Assembly: GCF_001194135.2 (NCBI RefSeq) | Contig: NC_068997.1 | Coordinates: 1,788,951 to 1,852,950 of the forward strand | Source: Octopus bimaculoides | Taxonomy: Eukaryota | Length of the DNA: 64,000 nt | Direction of reading: 5' to 3' | Shown: positions 26,150-39,160 of the stretch, piece by piece | How the letters are laid out: each line of letters opens with the position of its first letter | Position numbering within the stretch: position 1 is the first letter of the stretch | Translations under genes and position numbers: made by a program | Notes under the pieces: model-generated | Databases searched by the model: none | Seen by the model: only the letters and a program-made list of their open reading frames with translations | Told to the model about the DNA's origin: nothing

Positions 26150-27345
26150 ACAATTCGTTGTACAGCTTGTCCATATTGTCATAAAATTTCACCACCAAAC
26201 TTTTACTGCCCTTAACATTTTAATCATATCCAAAAACGTTCTAACGTTATATATTATTCTACCATATCTAATAACTTGACTGAAAAGCAGATAACCTATT
26301 CAAAGAGGAATTCTACTCTCCGCCCAAGGCAACGATTCAATACGGAAATTAAAGCTATTAGTTTCATTATAAACGCTAGTCACCATCTTACCATCTACAC
26401 TAACTCTCTTAACATCTAAATAGTTACCCTCATTTACGGAGTCACCATTTCCAGTCTGTTCGGGACCCGCTAGATATATTTTCCTAAAAATATTGAGAAC
26501 ACCTGTAATTAGGAATTGAAATATCTTCGACACATCTGCAGTGTTTACTGAGCTGTTTGACCAAACATATCTTTTTCCTTCGGTATCGATCATTAAAGTT
26601 GAAGTCGCACGAAGACAAATACAAGTCCATTAACACAGCGCTACGATTACTATCCACCGGATTTCCCTTAAATTGTCTAAAAATCTAAGAAAATGAAATA
26701 TATGCGGTATAAACCATAAAGTTGATGGCCTTCTAGAGTCTATTTTAACTAAAACATGTATAACCATTATATACATACAAAAAGCCTATGCCATTTTAAA
26801 TAGAAATACACTTATAACCTTTATTAAACACAATATCAATTACAGTAACTATATCTTCTTCCGCTCTTTTGAAATCGAGATTACTATACAATGTGGAACA
26901 GTTACAGATATGCATGGTCCCAACTGATTTTCACTCTTTTGAAGTATAAGAGTCAGGAACCAAAATGACATAAATGTTTACTACAGAATTGTTAAAGATT
27001 GGTCCGCAGTATCTCAAAAAGTACGAACAAACCACATATAAGCTTCAGTAAGCGATATAGATAGTTGTTTGATCGTACATTTTCTAGCACCCATAATAAA
27101 TTTACTTTTATCATCATTCATTTTATTTCAACTTTTCTTGCTTTCTCCTTCGGCACTTTAATCAGTCTGTTACAAAAACTATCAACTAAAAAAGCTAAAA
27201 GTTTCTTAATTTCGGAAAGGGTACCATCTCTGAAGAAAACAGTATTTCTAATCCCTCCTTTCATACAATTTATCAAGTTTGACCTAAAGTACAGAAATAT
27301 CTATTTCCGACCTGTTTTTTTTTTCTATTTCGTATAACACCATGG
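26150..27345 (-). mobile_element. Penelope-like element reverse transcriptase remnant
   Basis: Manual translation gives CNCSTLYSNL, FRQFKGNPVDSNRSAVLMDLYL, CRCVEDI (YIDD position), NYLDV, VYNETNSFNFRIESLPW...IP and FSQVIRYGRI, a motif order typical of PLE RT. Stops and frameshifts are present. Confidence 0.85.
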
Positions 27346-27590
27346 CGACACTTTCTACTTAATACAGGCTGTGAAAATACACGTTCACTCGAGTGAGACT
27401 CGAAAAGTACGTATTAAATGATATCAAAGTATCACTATTTGGTTCGATTTCATTATTACCACTTTAAATATACGTATACATTCATATACATACATACATA
27501 CATATATACACACACACATAAATACATACATACACACATACAAATATAAAATGTATACATATATTCATATATAGACAGACATACGTATTT

Positions 27591-27631
<41 letters not shown>

Positions 27632-27641
27632 NNNNNNNNNN

Positions 27642-27682
<41 letters not shown>

Positions 27683-29021
27683 CCCCCACTCAGAAAGTGA
27701 ACGTACACTTATGTGTGTGCACGCGCGCCATAATGGATGCGTATGTGCGCGCGCGAGCGTCTGTGTTTATGTATTAGCCTGTGCTAAATGTTGATATTTC
27801 AATATCTCCCAATACATATTTTAAAAACATAATAGATTCTTGAAAGAGGAAATCAGAAGACGAAACTTCATCAAGTGCAGTGAAAAGAGATTGAATAAAT
27901 AAACATAGCGATGTACAGGAAATGTAAACTGTAGAGTCTTCAGAAATAACATTGAAAATAACAAAATAAAAGAAAAAAAACCGATGTAAAAATACTGAAT
28001 ATTGAAGCGGAGTAGAAGCGGGCGGAGGGAGAGACGGTTATTGTTTTTTGTAGTCTTTTCTAAGCTGAGACATTTTTTTTTTTTTGGCTTGATAATTTAA
28101 AAGAATCTAAATTCATTTGCTTTCAATCAAGAATATTTGATATTCGCCATTACACTGTAGATGTCAAAACAGCAATATATTACAGTTTGAAATCAATACT
28201 TACACAATAATATTTATTTGGATCAATCTGTAACAGATATATTCTTACGGATGCGTGCGTACGTATTTTGTTTGTAAGATCGCGTATAAAGTCCTGACTA
28301 TGATTTTAAACTGTCTCTTGTAGTGCATCACTGCTTTGGGAATTCCAGGTTTTTGGGGAAGTGTGGAACCACCCCTTAGCCACCATTCTTCTCAAGTATA
28401 ATCTAACTCAGAATAGTAGGACATGTCAGGGTTCTAGCTACGGGTCAAGTAGCATATTAGGGTTTGCCTAGCTATGAATGTGAAGACTGTATCTGGCAGA
28501 GGGAAAGGTGTCTGCAGTAACGCATCGCAGAGTGAAGAGGACAAGATGACGTAAGAAAGACATGTTCATCATTCCCTGAATCTGCCTCCATTCCTTGCCC
28601 TCGTGACTGGGTCAGGTCACCAGATTGAAGAGGATCGCGGATGAAAGAGTAGGCTTGAGGTTGCACAAATGTTCTTCAGTTTAAAGAAAGTCACAACACA
28701 AGACATCAGTCATCCTTAACGATACTAGAATGTCTTTGACGCCCTGACGCACGAGATTGATCCGTGTATACATGAGTAATTATAGTGTGCTATGCACTAG
28801 CGCCCCTAAGAAGTAAAGAACTCATTACTTTTGTGAATTTAATCTGGGAATTGGAAGGTTTAATACACCACGAGAAGTTATGGGTTTGTTCTGGTCTGAT
28901 AATATGGTGATGGTCAGTACAGGATGATCAGGGGCGTGCGTACACACACACACACACCTCTAAATGTCAACCTATATCTTTATCTACCTAGCTCTTTATA
29001 TCTCAATCAATCAATCAATCA

Positions 29022-29076
<55 letters not shown>

Positions 29077-29165
29077 ATTTTTCAACATGTAGAACCAATA
29101 ATCCAGAATCGGTTTTTCTGTCTCCATATTGTTTTGCTCTCTTTTTCTCCTCTTTTGTTCCTATC

Positions 29166-29209
29166 AAGCCTATCTGTTGAAGAGCGTAAGCTCGATACAT
29201 CAAAGGCTT
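29166..29209 (+). ncRNA. Degenerate hammerhead motif, same family as 22112
   Basis: AAGCCTAT/AAAGGCTT stem I; CTGTTGA A GAGC-GTAA-GCTC; GAAA mutated to GATA. Confidence 0.6.
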
Positions 29210-29624
29210 TTCTATTATCCCCGAGCATCAAACCAATGCCTCTACTTGTTGTTCACTCACGTGACTCTGTCTTTTGATTTCTGTAAATTTGAACCATATC
29301 TGTCCATCTACCTGGATTAGTGGAACTTTGCCTTTACAAGCAGTGCAAACGTTAATCAACATGTAAAGTGTGTATGATTTAATAGAGTATGAAACTGTTA
29401 CCACTCTGCCGACCACCACCGTCCTACTGCCCCTCTTCAAACATCCTTCAGCATCTGTCCCCCACCCCGCCACCATTAAATCATCCAAGAAGCACGGCTA
29501 GGTTGTGAAATTCATAATCACTTTCAAACAATCCCAGTAAGAAAACAGTCCAAACTTTGTGAGGAAACATTTAAAACCTTCTAGTCAGGTGGGAACGGGC
29601 TGTGAACTTGATCCTTTGTATCCT

Positions 29625-29899
29625 TTAAGATTTATTTTGTGGTTTTTGTGAGGTCTCTAAATTTAGTGGGAGGGAAGTTATCCTCAAACTGGAGTCCTTG
29701 CCTAAATGCTGCGACATGTGAGCTTTCCTAAAGACGTCAAAGGACATTATTCGTGGCTCGATGTTTGTGGGTCTTCGTCTTGATTGTAGGTCACATCGAA
29801 TATACTTAGCAGTGCCTTTCTTTATTCTTTCCGTTCCTATAACATTCCTTTTATCTTTATAAAACTCAATAATCATACTTTCACTTTGTGTGCCTATGT
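29625..29899 (-). CDS. Candidate terminal host exon (DIGTQSESMIIEFYKDKRN...KPQNKS*), product unknown
   Basis: Acceptor tacttcccag|AC, then ~90 open codons of unique sequence to a stop. No homology recognised. Confidence 0.3.
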
Positions 29900-31014
29900 C
29901 TGGGAAGTACATTTATATATTTATTTATACGCATGCAAACAGTACGTAAGTCTAAATGTTGAATGAATAACCTGATAGCACAAATTATGATTATACCAAC
30001 TGAGACTAAAGATCGGAGGGATGAGCCTCTGATATATATAGCCAGGGATGAGAGGAGAGTAGAATAGCATCCGTGTATATATGTATTCGCGCGTGTGCAC
30101 ACATACACACACATTTGAGTATATATTCTTACTTAAATACACGCGAAGCCACACATACATAAGATATTGTTTTTTTTTTCCGAAGATGTTCTATTTAAGC
30201 TGAGATACCCAGCTTTTTCCAATTCATAAATAGTTCCTCTGAAGCAGAATATTTCGAATAATCTCTTTCAATAAAGTAAACCATGAATAAGCGAAAGCAG
30301 AGTTTCTCTCTTTAAACATTAAATCTGAAAAAAACAGACTTCCGGTTTTGACCATCCATTCAATACGTTTAATATTTATACCACCCATAACCTCAAAAAT
30401 CCAAAACCAACACCACGAGGCACCATACCCACCAATACACCGTTCGCAAAGGGTACCTTATTTTATTGATATCCAGAAATATTGAATGACAAAGCTGACT
30501 TCAGCTGGAATTGAACTCAGAGAGCAGAAAGAAATATTGTCATTTTGTTTTACCCTGCGCTCGAGATTTTTCTGCCGCTTCACAGCTTAGTCTTTTTAGT
30601 TGCATATGGACAAGATAACCGGCCCTGGTATATTACTGGTATGGAATTTATAAGGTGTTTACTGACAATAAAGTGGTATATAGCTGGATATGAACTTAAA
30701 ATGAAGATGGCAGGAATTCAAATAATAACAGGAACTCACCGGCCTTTTCTCTCTCTCTCCACATCATTCTCGTCTCTCCCTTACTCTGCCATAATTGACG
30801 ACGAGGTAGATCGCTTGGTGGTTGTTTGATGTACTAGAATTAGCAATCAAAGCTCCCTAGAGAATCAAAGGAGGAAGAGAGTGGCATTAAGTAATCTTAC
30901 CTTCCACACTCCTAAAAGAACGTGATGGTCTCGGCTGAAAAGACTTTAATTATCTTAATGACGAGGTTTGCTCGCCATCAAGGTCGGCCTATGGTTAAAT
31001 AATAACAATAGTAA

Positions 31015-31215
31015 TTCTAATTTTGGCACAAGGTTAGCAATTTTGTGAAAAGTGTGAAGTCGATACCATCGATCCCAGTGTTTCAATGGTACCTATTTTA
31101 TCGCCCCCGAAGTGTTGAAAAGTAAAGTCGGCAATGGTGAAATTTGAACCCCGAACGGAAAGACGGACGAGATTCTGCTAAGCATTTGTCTAGTGTGCTA
31201 ACGATTTTACAAGCA
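31015..31215 (-). mobile_element. SINE family C copy
   Basis: Reverse complement matches 9628-9775. Confidence 0.8.
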
Positions 31216-31226
31216 TGTCGCCTAAG

Positions 31227-31337
<111 letters not shown>

Positions 31338-32595
31338 GACTTATCCTTAAGTCGTAGTTAAATGGACGGAATAAGATGGAAGCTATTAACACCTGGGCGG
31401 TTTCAGTATTTAGATATGGAGCAGTGGTGATCGCATGGGCAATATACGAGCTAAACAGCTTAGACAGAAAGACAAGCAAGTTGCTGACTAGAAATAGGAT
31501 ACTCTGCTCCAAAATGACAAATACAGACTGTATGTACCAAGAAAAATAGGGAGGAAATGGACTGATTGGATGCGAATATCGCATTAGAGCAGAAGCCAAC
31601 ACTATAGCATGGTATCTAAAAAATGCCACTGAACCACTGTTATTGGAAGTAAGAAGGTCAGGCTTGTGTGGGATTGAAGATTGCAAAGATAAAGAACTGT
31701 ACAAGCACTTGAGAATGAATGAAACAGAAAATAGGTGGATAAAGAAAAGAATGCATGGACAATTTCATAGGGACGTTGAAGATAAGACTGGCAGAGAAAC
31801 AAGATGGCTATGGATGATAGCACACTATAATAACTCGTGTATACACGGATTAAAAACCGGAAACAGAGGCTTTAATCTGTACTGCCCAAGAGCAAGCACT
31901 AAGAACCAATTACATCAAATACAGATTAGGTAACAGATCAGAAAGTGATGAGTGCAGAATCTGTGGACAAAATGCTGAAACCGTATGGCATATTACCAGC
32001 CAATGTACGCCACTAGCCCAGAAAGAATATGAGGCGTCATGACAATATAGAAAGGAATGTCCATTGGACACTTTACAACAGATATGGGCTTGACAGAGCA
32101 AAAAAGTGGTACGAACAGAACCCCGAAGGCACCATCGAAAGTGATAATGCAAAGATCTTATGGGATTTTATGATTCAGTGCCACCATGTGATAGAGAATA
32201 GGAAACCAGACGTAGTCTTAATTGAGAAAGACAGTAAACTATGCTGGATCATATCTGTAGCATGTCCAGCTGACAACAAGGTATGCAATAAGGAAGAAAG
32301 AAAAGTAGATGGATATGACAGGTTAACTTGGGAGGTTAAGCAGTTGTGATCGATGAAAAAGGTGGTAGTAGTACCAATAACTGTCGGAGACTAGGGAACA
32401 GTGAGTAAAAATCTCGCGAAGTTCATGGAACAAATAGGGGCTGCAATAAGGCTGGAGCACTTGCAGTAAACAACATTGCTTGGAACCGCTCGAATACTCC
32501 GGAAGGTGCTCGAAAAAAAAAGGTGTTACCTTAGTTCACTGGTAGTGAACAGCTGGCAATGTAGTAAATCTCCAGCGTTAGAAGCGGTGCAAGAC
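31338..32595 (+). mobile_element. 5'-truncated R4/Dong-type RLE non-LTR retrotransposon
   Basis: GLKPETEALI..AQEQAL, zinc knuckle CRICGQNAETVWHITSQC, HDN..RNVHW, RLE motif RKPDVVLIEK, LLGTARILRKVL; followed by a (TAA)n tail. Confidence 0.92.
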
Positions 32596-32599
32596 AATA

Positions 32600-32631
<32 letters not shown>

Positions 32632-32638
32632 CAACAAC

Positions 32639-32730
<92 letters not shown>

Positions 32731-32775
32731 TAACAATAATAATAATAATAATAATACTAAGAATAATAATAATAA

Positions 32776-33060
32776 TATGTATGATAAAGGGGGTGTCAAA
32801 AACATCTAGTTAACATCCCAGGAGAACCAAGTCTGAGAGAAATCCAAAAGATTGTGCTGACAAGTACTGCCCACATCCTTAGAAAAACACTATGTATAAA
32901 AATGTCTTTTGTTTTACTTTTAGATATTTCGCTACTGATCCTGCCACCTTCTCTTCTCAAGCCTTCAGTCTTACTGTAACATCTCTTATCGTTCACTCTT
33001 TCTAGGTCGTTGGGTATGTCTCGGCAAGTGATTGCAACAAACATGCAGATTAAAAGTAAA
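32776..33060 (+). mobile_element. 3' end of a second R4/Dong-like element
   Basis: IPGEPSLREIQKIVLTSTAHILRKTL, then a 3' UTR and (TAA)n. Confidence 0.85.
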
Positions 33061-33073
33061 TAATAATAATAAC

Positions 33074-33131
<58 letters not shown>

Positions 33132-33180
33132 TTAATAATAATGTTAATAATAATAATAATTCTTATTCTTATTATTATTA

Positions 33181-33536
33181 ATACCAGCCACTGCGGGACG
33201 CGATAGGAAAGGGAAACAGAAAAGAGTGAGAAATACCAGCCACTGCAGTATGAGATAGGAAAGTTGTGGGGCATGAAGAAAGTAATGGTGATACTGATGT
33301 CAATTGGAGCATTAGGAACAGCTTCCAAGGACTCTGAAAAACATATTAATAATATTGGAGTTGCTGTCAGGCTTGAAGGGAGCCAGAAGACAGCATTGTT
33401 GGATACAGCTCATGTTCTAAAGAGAGTATTGCTTCTTTGAGTGACAGGAAAAGGCACTGCTTGAAAACTTTGGTGAATTGTTATCGTCTGCTTTCAAGTA
33501 AAAAATAAGCAGTAATTAAGAACTATCTGAGAGTCT

Positions 33537-33538
<2 letters not shown>
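33181..33538 (+). mobile_element. 3' end of a third R4/Dong-like element
   Basis: KYQPLQYEIGKLWGMKKVMV...IGALGT...QKTALLDTAHVLKRVL, then a 3' UTR and (TAA)n. Confidence 0.85.
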
Positions 33539-33581
<43 letters not shown>

Positions 33582-33604
33582 GTAATAGTAATAATAATAA
33601 TAAT

Positions 33605-33919
33605 GTTGTTGTTGGCACTCCGTCGCTTACGACGTCGAGGGTTTCAGTTGATCCGATCAATGGAACAGCCTGCTCGAGAAATTAACGTGCAAGTGGCTGA
33701 GCACTCCACAGACACGTGTACCCTTAACGTAGTTCTCGGGGATATTCAGCGTGACACAGTGTGACAATGCTGACCCTTCCAATTACAAGCACAACAGAAA
33801 CAGGAAGTAAGAGTGAGAGAAAGTTGTGGTGAAAGAGTACAGCAGGGTTCGCCACCATCCCCTGCCGGAGCCTCGTGGAGCTTTAGGTGTTTTCGCTCAA
33901 TAAACACTCACAACACCCG
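33605..33919 (-). mobile_element. tRNA-derived SINE family B (head lost in gap)
   Basis: Reverse complement of 50048-50355, with an (AAC)n tail. Confidence 0.9.
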
Positions 33920-34003
33920 NNNNNNNNNNNNNNNNNNNNNNNNNNNNNNNNNNNNNNNNNNNNNNNNNNNNNNNAACAACAACAATAATCATAATAATAA
34001 TAA

Positions 34004-34034
<31 letters not shown>

Positions 34035-34035
34035 A

Positions 34036-34080
<45 letters not shown>

Positions 34081-35354
34081 AATCAACAAGGGACGGCCAA
34101 CACAGTCACTACTCATACTTCTAATAATTAGTAAATATCCCTGAAATAACACCTTAAAGGAATTACATATTCGGTAAAGTAAAGCTAGGTACATTAAGTC
34201 AAAGATATACTGGATCAGGGGTTGATTGCAAGGCGAAACAATAATGCACTCCTAGACACTCTATTTCTGAATTATACAAAAACATGCAATGATTGTAGTT
34301 GGAAAGCTTTTGAATATAGGACTGGCGAATTAGGAATAAAAGAGTACAATAACAGAAATATTAGCAACAACAATAACAACAGTAGCAGCAGAAAACAACA
34401 GCACTGGCAGCAACAACAACAACAACAGCAAAAACCTGAATGCGACAAATACAATAAAGAAATCAGAAAATGGAAAATTTCATAAACAAATAAATGAATA
34501 AATAAAGTAAAAACAAAACAACAGACAACGTTGAAAGGAAAGTCTAACCTTGGAATCTTGGATCAATTGTTTAAAATATATTGTGAAGAATTCAGTTGTG
34601 AAGGAAAGATGCGCACAAAAATGGTAAAAGAACTACTGACAGCTGATAACAAACGCCACTACATCAACATGCAACAACGAAATATCTTCCCCTACCTCCA
34701 CATGCTATCAAATTTTGTTCTGCAATGTTAAACTTAGTTTACTCTCTTTCTCAGGTATCCCGGCATGCCTCAATAAGATTCTTCAGTCTCTCGTCTCCAT
34801 TAAGTGATCTAATGCTGGAGATCAATGGAATATTCCATTAACCGTTTTGTGTACAATAAAGTACATATTTAAATGTACAATAAACATATCATATACTAAA
34901 CTGGCTACTGCTTAATACTGAGTACATTAGAAGCTTATTACATATCCTGTACGAAATAATGTATTAATAATATATGGCATATTAGGTAAATACTATAAAA
35001 TATATACACGCGCGCTCACACACACGCACGTACACAATATATATATATATATATATATATANNNNNNNNNNNNNNNNNNNNNNNNNNNNNNNNNNNNNNN
35101 NNNNNNNNNNNNNNNNNNNNNNNNNNNNNNNNNNNNNNNNNNNNNNNNNNNNNNNNNNNNNNNNNNNNNNNNNNNNNNNNNNNNNNNNNNNNNNNNNNNN
35201 NNNNNNNNNNNNNNNNNNNNNNNNNNNNNNNNNNNNNNNNNNNNNNNNNNNNNNNNNNNNNNNNNNNNNNNNNNNNNNNNNNNNNNNNNNNNNNNNNNNN
35301 NNNNNNNNNNNNNNNNNNNNNNNNNNNNNNNNNNNNNNNNNNNNNNNNNNNNNN

Positions 35355-35387
<33 letters not shown>

Positions 35388-35549
35388 CATACACGTGCGC
35401 GCACACACTTGCGCATGTAGAACGTGGATTTGTGTAAGGGTGACGAATGGTGTTCCTTACCAAAGCTCTTCATTCCATGCTACCCCAGTTCACTCAGCTA
35501 GGAGGCTCTTACGACAAGCCTACGTCTCGTCCAGAGGGAATATATATAT

Positions 35550-36220
35550 ATAAAGTAGTTGTATGCTGCCTACTTAATGTCACAGTACCATGAAAAGAAT
35601 AATACTAGTGCTATTTATCCCATAGGAAGCAGCAACGCTTCCTGTCAGCCTTGACGCATTTCCTGTGTCCTTATGTTTACAAGGGGGAGATAATCAATTC
35701 CATCCAGCCACGCCAGCATCCAGAGACTAGTTTCTGAGTCATTGCTTGTCTTCAATCTGGAGTAGCATGCCCTGCTAGTTGGAGATGCTTATCTGGCTCT
35801 TGTAAACATATAATTATTCTAGTGAAATACATTCACTGATTTCAAAAATAGAAATGATGCATTTCTAAATTTCTCAGAGAGATTTATGCAGTAGTAATAC
35901 GATAGTTAATGCATTTCACTAGAATAATTATATGTTTACAAGTGCTAGATAGGCAACTCCAACAAGCAGGCCATGCTACTCCAGACTGAAGACGTGCAAT
36001 GACTCAGAAACTAGTCTCTGGATGCAGGCTTAGCTGGGTGGAGGTGCTATCTCCCTGTTGTAAACATAAGGACACAGTAAATGTGGCAAGGCTGTCAGGA
36101 AGCGGTGCTGCTTCCTATGGGATAAATAGCAGTAGTATTGTCCCCTTCGTGGGACTGTCACCTTAAGTTGCCAGCGTACAACTACTTTATTGTATCAGTA
36201 CTGCATAAATCACTCTGAGA
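35550..36220. mobile_element. Foldback/MITE-like structure: ~280-bp inverted arms plus a nested 29-bp TIR pair
   Basis: 35550-35833 is the reverse complement of 35908-36190; 35872-35900 is the reverse complement of 36192-36220. Confidence 0.85.
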
Positions 36221-36231
36221 GAGTGCATAAA

Positions 36232-36263
<32 letters not shown>

Positions 36264-36984
36264 NNNNNNNNNNNNNNNNNNNNNNNNNNNNNNNNNNNNN
36301 NNNNNNNNNNNNNNNNNNNNNNNNNNNNNNNNNNNNNNNNNNNNNNNNNNNNNNNNNNNNNNNNNNNNNNNNNNNNNNNNNNNNNNNNNNNNNNNNNNNN
36401 NNNNNNNNNNNNNNNNNNNNNNNNNNNNNNNNNNNNNNNNNNNNNNNNNNNNNNNNNNNNNNNNNNNNNNNNNNNNNNNNNNNNNNNNNNNNNNNNNNNN
36501 NNNNNNNNNNNNNNNNNNNNNNNNNNNNNNNNNNNNNNNNNNNNNNNNNNNNNNNNNNNNNNNNNNNNNNNNNNNNNNNNNNNNNNNNNNNNNNNNNNNN
36601 NNNNNNNNNNNNNNNNNNNNNNNNNNNNNNNNNNNNNNNNNNNNNNNNNNNNNNNNNNNNNNNNNNNNNNNNNNNNNNNNNNNNNNNNNNNNNNNNNNNN
36701 NNNNNNNNNNNNNNNNNNNNNNNNNNNNNNNNNNNNNNNNNNNNNNNNNNNNNNNNNNNNNNNNNNNNNNNNNNNNNNNNNNNNNNNNNNNNNNNNNNNN
36801 NNNNNNNNNNNNNNNNNNNNNNNNNNNNNNNNNNNNNNNNNNNNNNNNNNNNNNNNNNNNNNNNNNNNNNNNNNNNNNNNNNNNNNNNNNNNNNNNNNNN
36901 NNNNNNNNNNNNNNNNNNNNNNNNNNNNNNNNNTATATATATATATATATATATGCATACATACATTTATATGACATATGAGTC

Positions 36985-37190
36985 TGTGTTTGTTCCCCCA
37001 CCATCGCTTGACGACCGATGCTGGTGTGCTTATGTCCTCGTAACTTATCGGTCCAGCAAAAGGGACGATAGAATATGTACCTAGCTTAGAAAGAATAAGT
37101 CGTGGGGTCGATTTGTTCGACTCAAAACTTAAAGACGGTGCTCCAGCATGGCCGCAGTCAAATGACTGAAACAAGTAAAAAAAAATAAAG
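36985..37190 (+). mobile_element. SINE family A, 3' half
   Basis: Reverse complement of 16931-17120. Confidence 0.85.
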
Positions 37191-37289
37191 AATACAGTTC
37201 AAATTTATTAAAACTTGAAACGAAAGACGAAAACAGGTGAGGGAACAACAATCAGGTGTTTTAGTTTGACGCTCGGGAAGAATGGAAAA

Positions 37290-37326
37290 TCGTTGACTTT
37301 TCGAACCTACGCTCTTCGATAGAAAG
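37290..37326 (-). ncRNA. Degenerate hammerhead motif, same family as 22112
   Basis: Minus strand reads cttt CTATCGA A GAGC-GTAG-GTTC GAAA AGTC, and the flanks match the 22070-22240 repeat. Confidence 0.55.
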
Positions 37327-38198
37327 GGTGGAAATTATAAAAAATATGAGGAATGAAAAGGAAAAACGGAGATTGAAAAGATGTATATACACGATTAGCG
37401 TTGAGTGTCGGAAAACAAAGTGTCCAAAACAATATTAGAGAGAATACTATCTTTATTTTGATCGAATCAGTCCTTTATGACTCTGGAGTTGTATCTGCGC
37501 ACTCTTGCGTGACAACACTTAAAGTAAATATTCGATAGAATCAGCGAGAGTGGCACAGGGGATGACACGGCTGTACTTTAGAATGACAAGGCTGTACTTT
37601 AGAATCCACGCAGTTGGAGCGAATTCGAAACTTCCTATTCTACGACTATCGCAGTTGTCAGATAGCATACTAGAATATATTGCACATTAAATGCTTAATG
37701 GATATACAATATCATATATCGTAGATAGTTATACTACTTATGACATATAGCATATTGGATGAAATTATTAACTTGAATCCATATAATTAGATGTTAGGGA
37801 AGAGGATTATTTCCACATACGTAAAGCTTTCATGCAATCCACATTACAATGAGTCAAAACCTATGTAGGTACACACACACATACACACACGCCATTTCAA
37901 TATATATTGTGCGTATAATTTATAATTTCAACTTATCAAAGATGCATATGATGCTGCGCATAATTAATCCCAATAAGGACGACGAACGCGAATTGGACTG
38001 GTCATTTCTACAGTTTTCCGGTTTGTGCCTGATATAAATTGCTTTGACCTATCAGTCTCTGTGGACAGAATACGAAGCTACTTGATTTGTAATAAATCCC
38101 TAAATCGGATTGAAATCAGTGATGATAATCGAAATAATGTTAATTCTTCTGGTCACGAAGTGAGATATACGTTTTGCGTTCACTTTCAGACAGTTGGG

Positions 38199-38259
<61 letters not shown>

Positions 38260-38755
38260 ATGTCTGTCTGTCTGTCTGTCTGTTTGTTTGTCTGTCTATC
38301 TCTCTCTCATTGTATATGTGTTTGTGTGTGTGTGTGTATATATATATGTATCTATTTGTCACACAATGAGACACACCTGCAGCGCTGGATGTTCCTGTAG
38401 CCACTTGTAAGGGATCGATGCTAGTTGTGTCAAAACAATTGTCGCGATTAATAACAACTATCGTATATTCTATCTTCTGTCTTTATATGTATACAGAAGG
38501 AACACAACAATCGCAAACCAACAAAACAACATGCGGGAAAATAAACTATAGTACGACAAACGGCAAACAGGACACAAACAAGATAACGGATCATTCGCAG
38601 CTGATTTCCTATACAATGCACTCTCAGCCACTATTATTGACAATTAAATTCTCCCTTTTGGTTTTATATTGTGTCTAGCTACCTTTATTATTTTATAATT
38701 TTCACATTACCATTTTGCTGAATCAGCCATTAATTCGTATAGTAAAATCTATAAG

Positions 38756-38823
38756 CGATGGAGTAGTACTACTGATGAATTTTAATTTCAAGCGAAATTG
38801 GCTTGCCAATTTAATACCCTCAC
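38756..38823 (+). ncRNA. Type I hammerhead ribozyme, unit 1
   Basis: GTACTA / CTGATGA / ATTT-TAATTTC-AAGC / GAAA / TTGGC-TT-GCCAA / TT / TAATAC. The core is intact; stems I and II carry mismatches. Confidence 0.8.
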
Positions 38824-39088
38824 TCGCCTCGGGGCAGTTAAGTCCCCTATCAGTACAGAGATCTGTGCTCTTTGTGATTATAAGGGTTTTTGATACTTAT
38901 TTCTAGTAATTTAGGTGCTACAATTATCTTCAATCACTATTAGTGGTAATTGAATTCTTCCTTTTTGGTTTTATATTGTGTCTAGCCACCTGCATTATTT
39001 CATAATTTTCACATTACCATTTTGTAGAATCACCCATTAATTCGTATAGTAATATCTATATGCTGACAGACTGGATTTGACTTTATAG

Positions 39089-39160
39089 GCGATGGAGTAG
39101 TAGTACTACTGATGGGCTTTAATTTCAAGCGTAACTAGCTTGCCAGTTTAGTGCCCTCGC
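39089..39160 (+). ncRNA. Type I hammerhead ribozyme, unit 2
   Basis: GTACTA / CTGATGG / GCTT-TAATTTC-AAGC / GTAA / CTAGC-TT-GCCAG / TT / TAGTGC, with stem I extension GCGA-GG / CC-TCGC. Stems I and II are intact; the core has two substitutions. Confidence 0.75.

Noticed and set aside
24300-27400. Endogenous viral element suggested by strand skew and the 26300-26593 ORF
   Set aside because: The translation matches Penelope-like RT motifs.
34755-34840. Strong plus-strand acceptor (tttactctctttctcag)
   Set aside because: No convincing donor, only short open frames and no recognisable protein.
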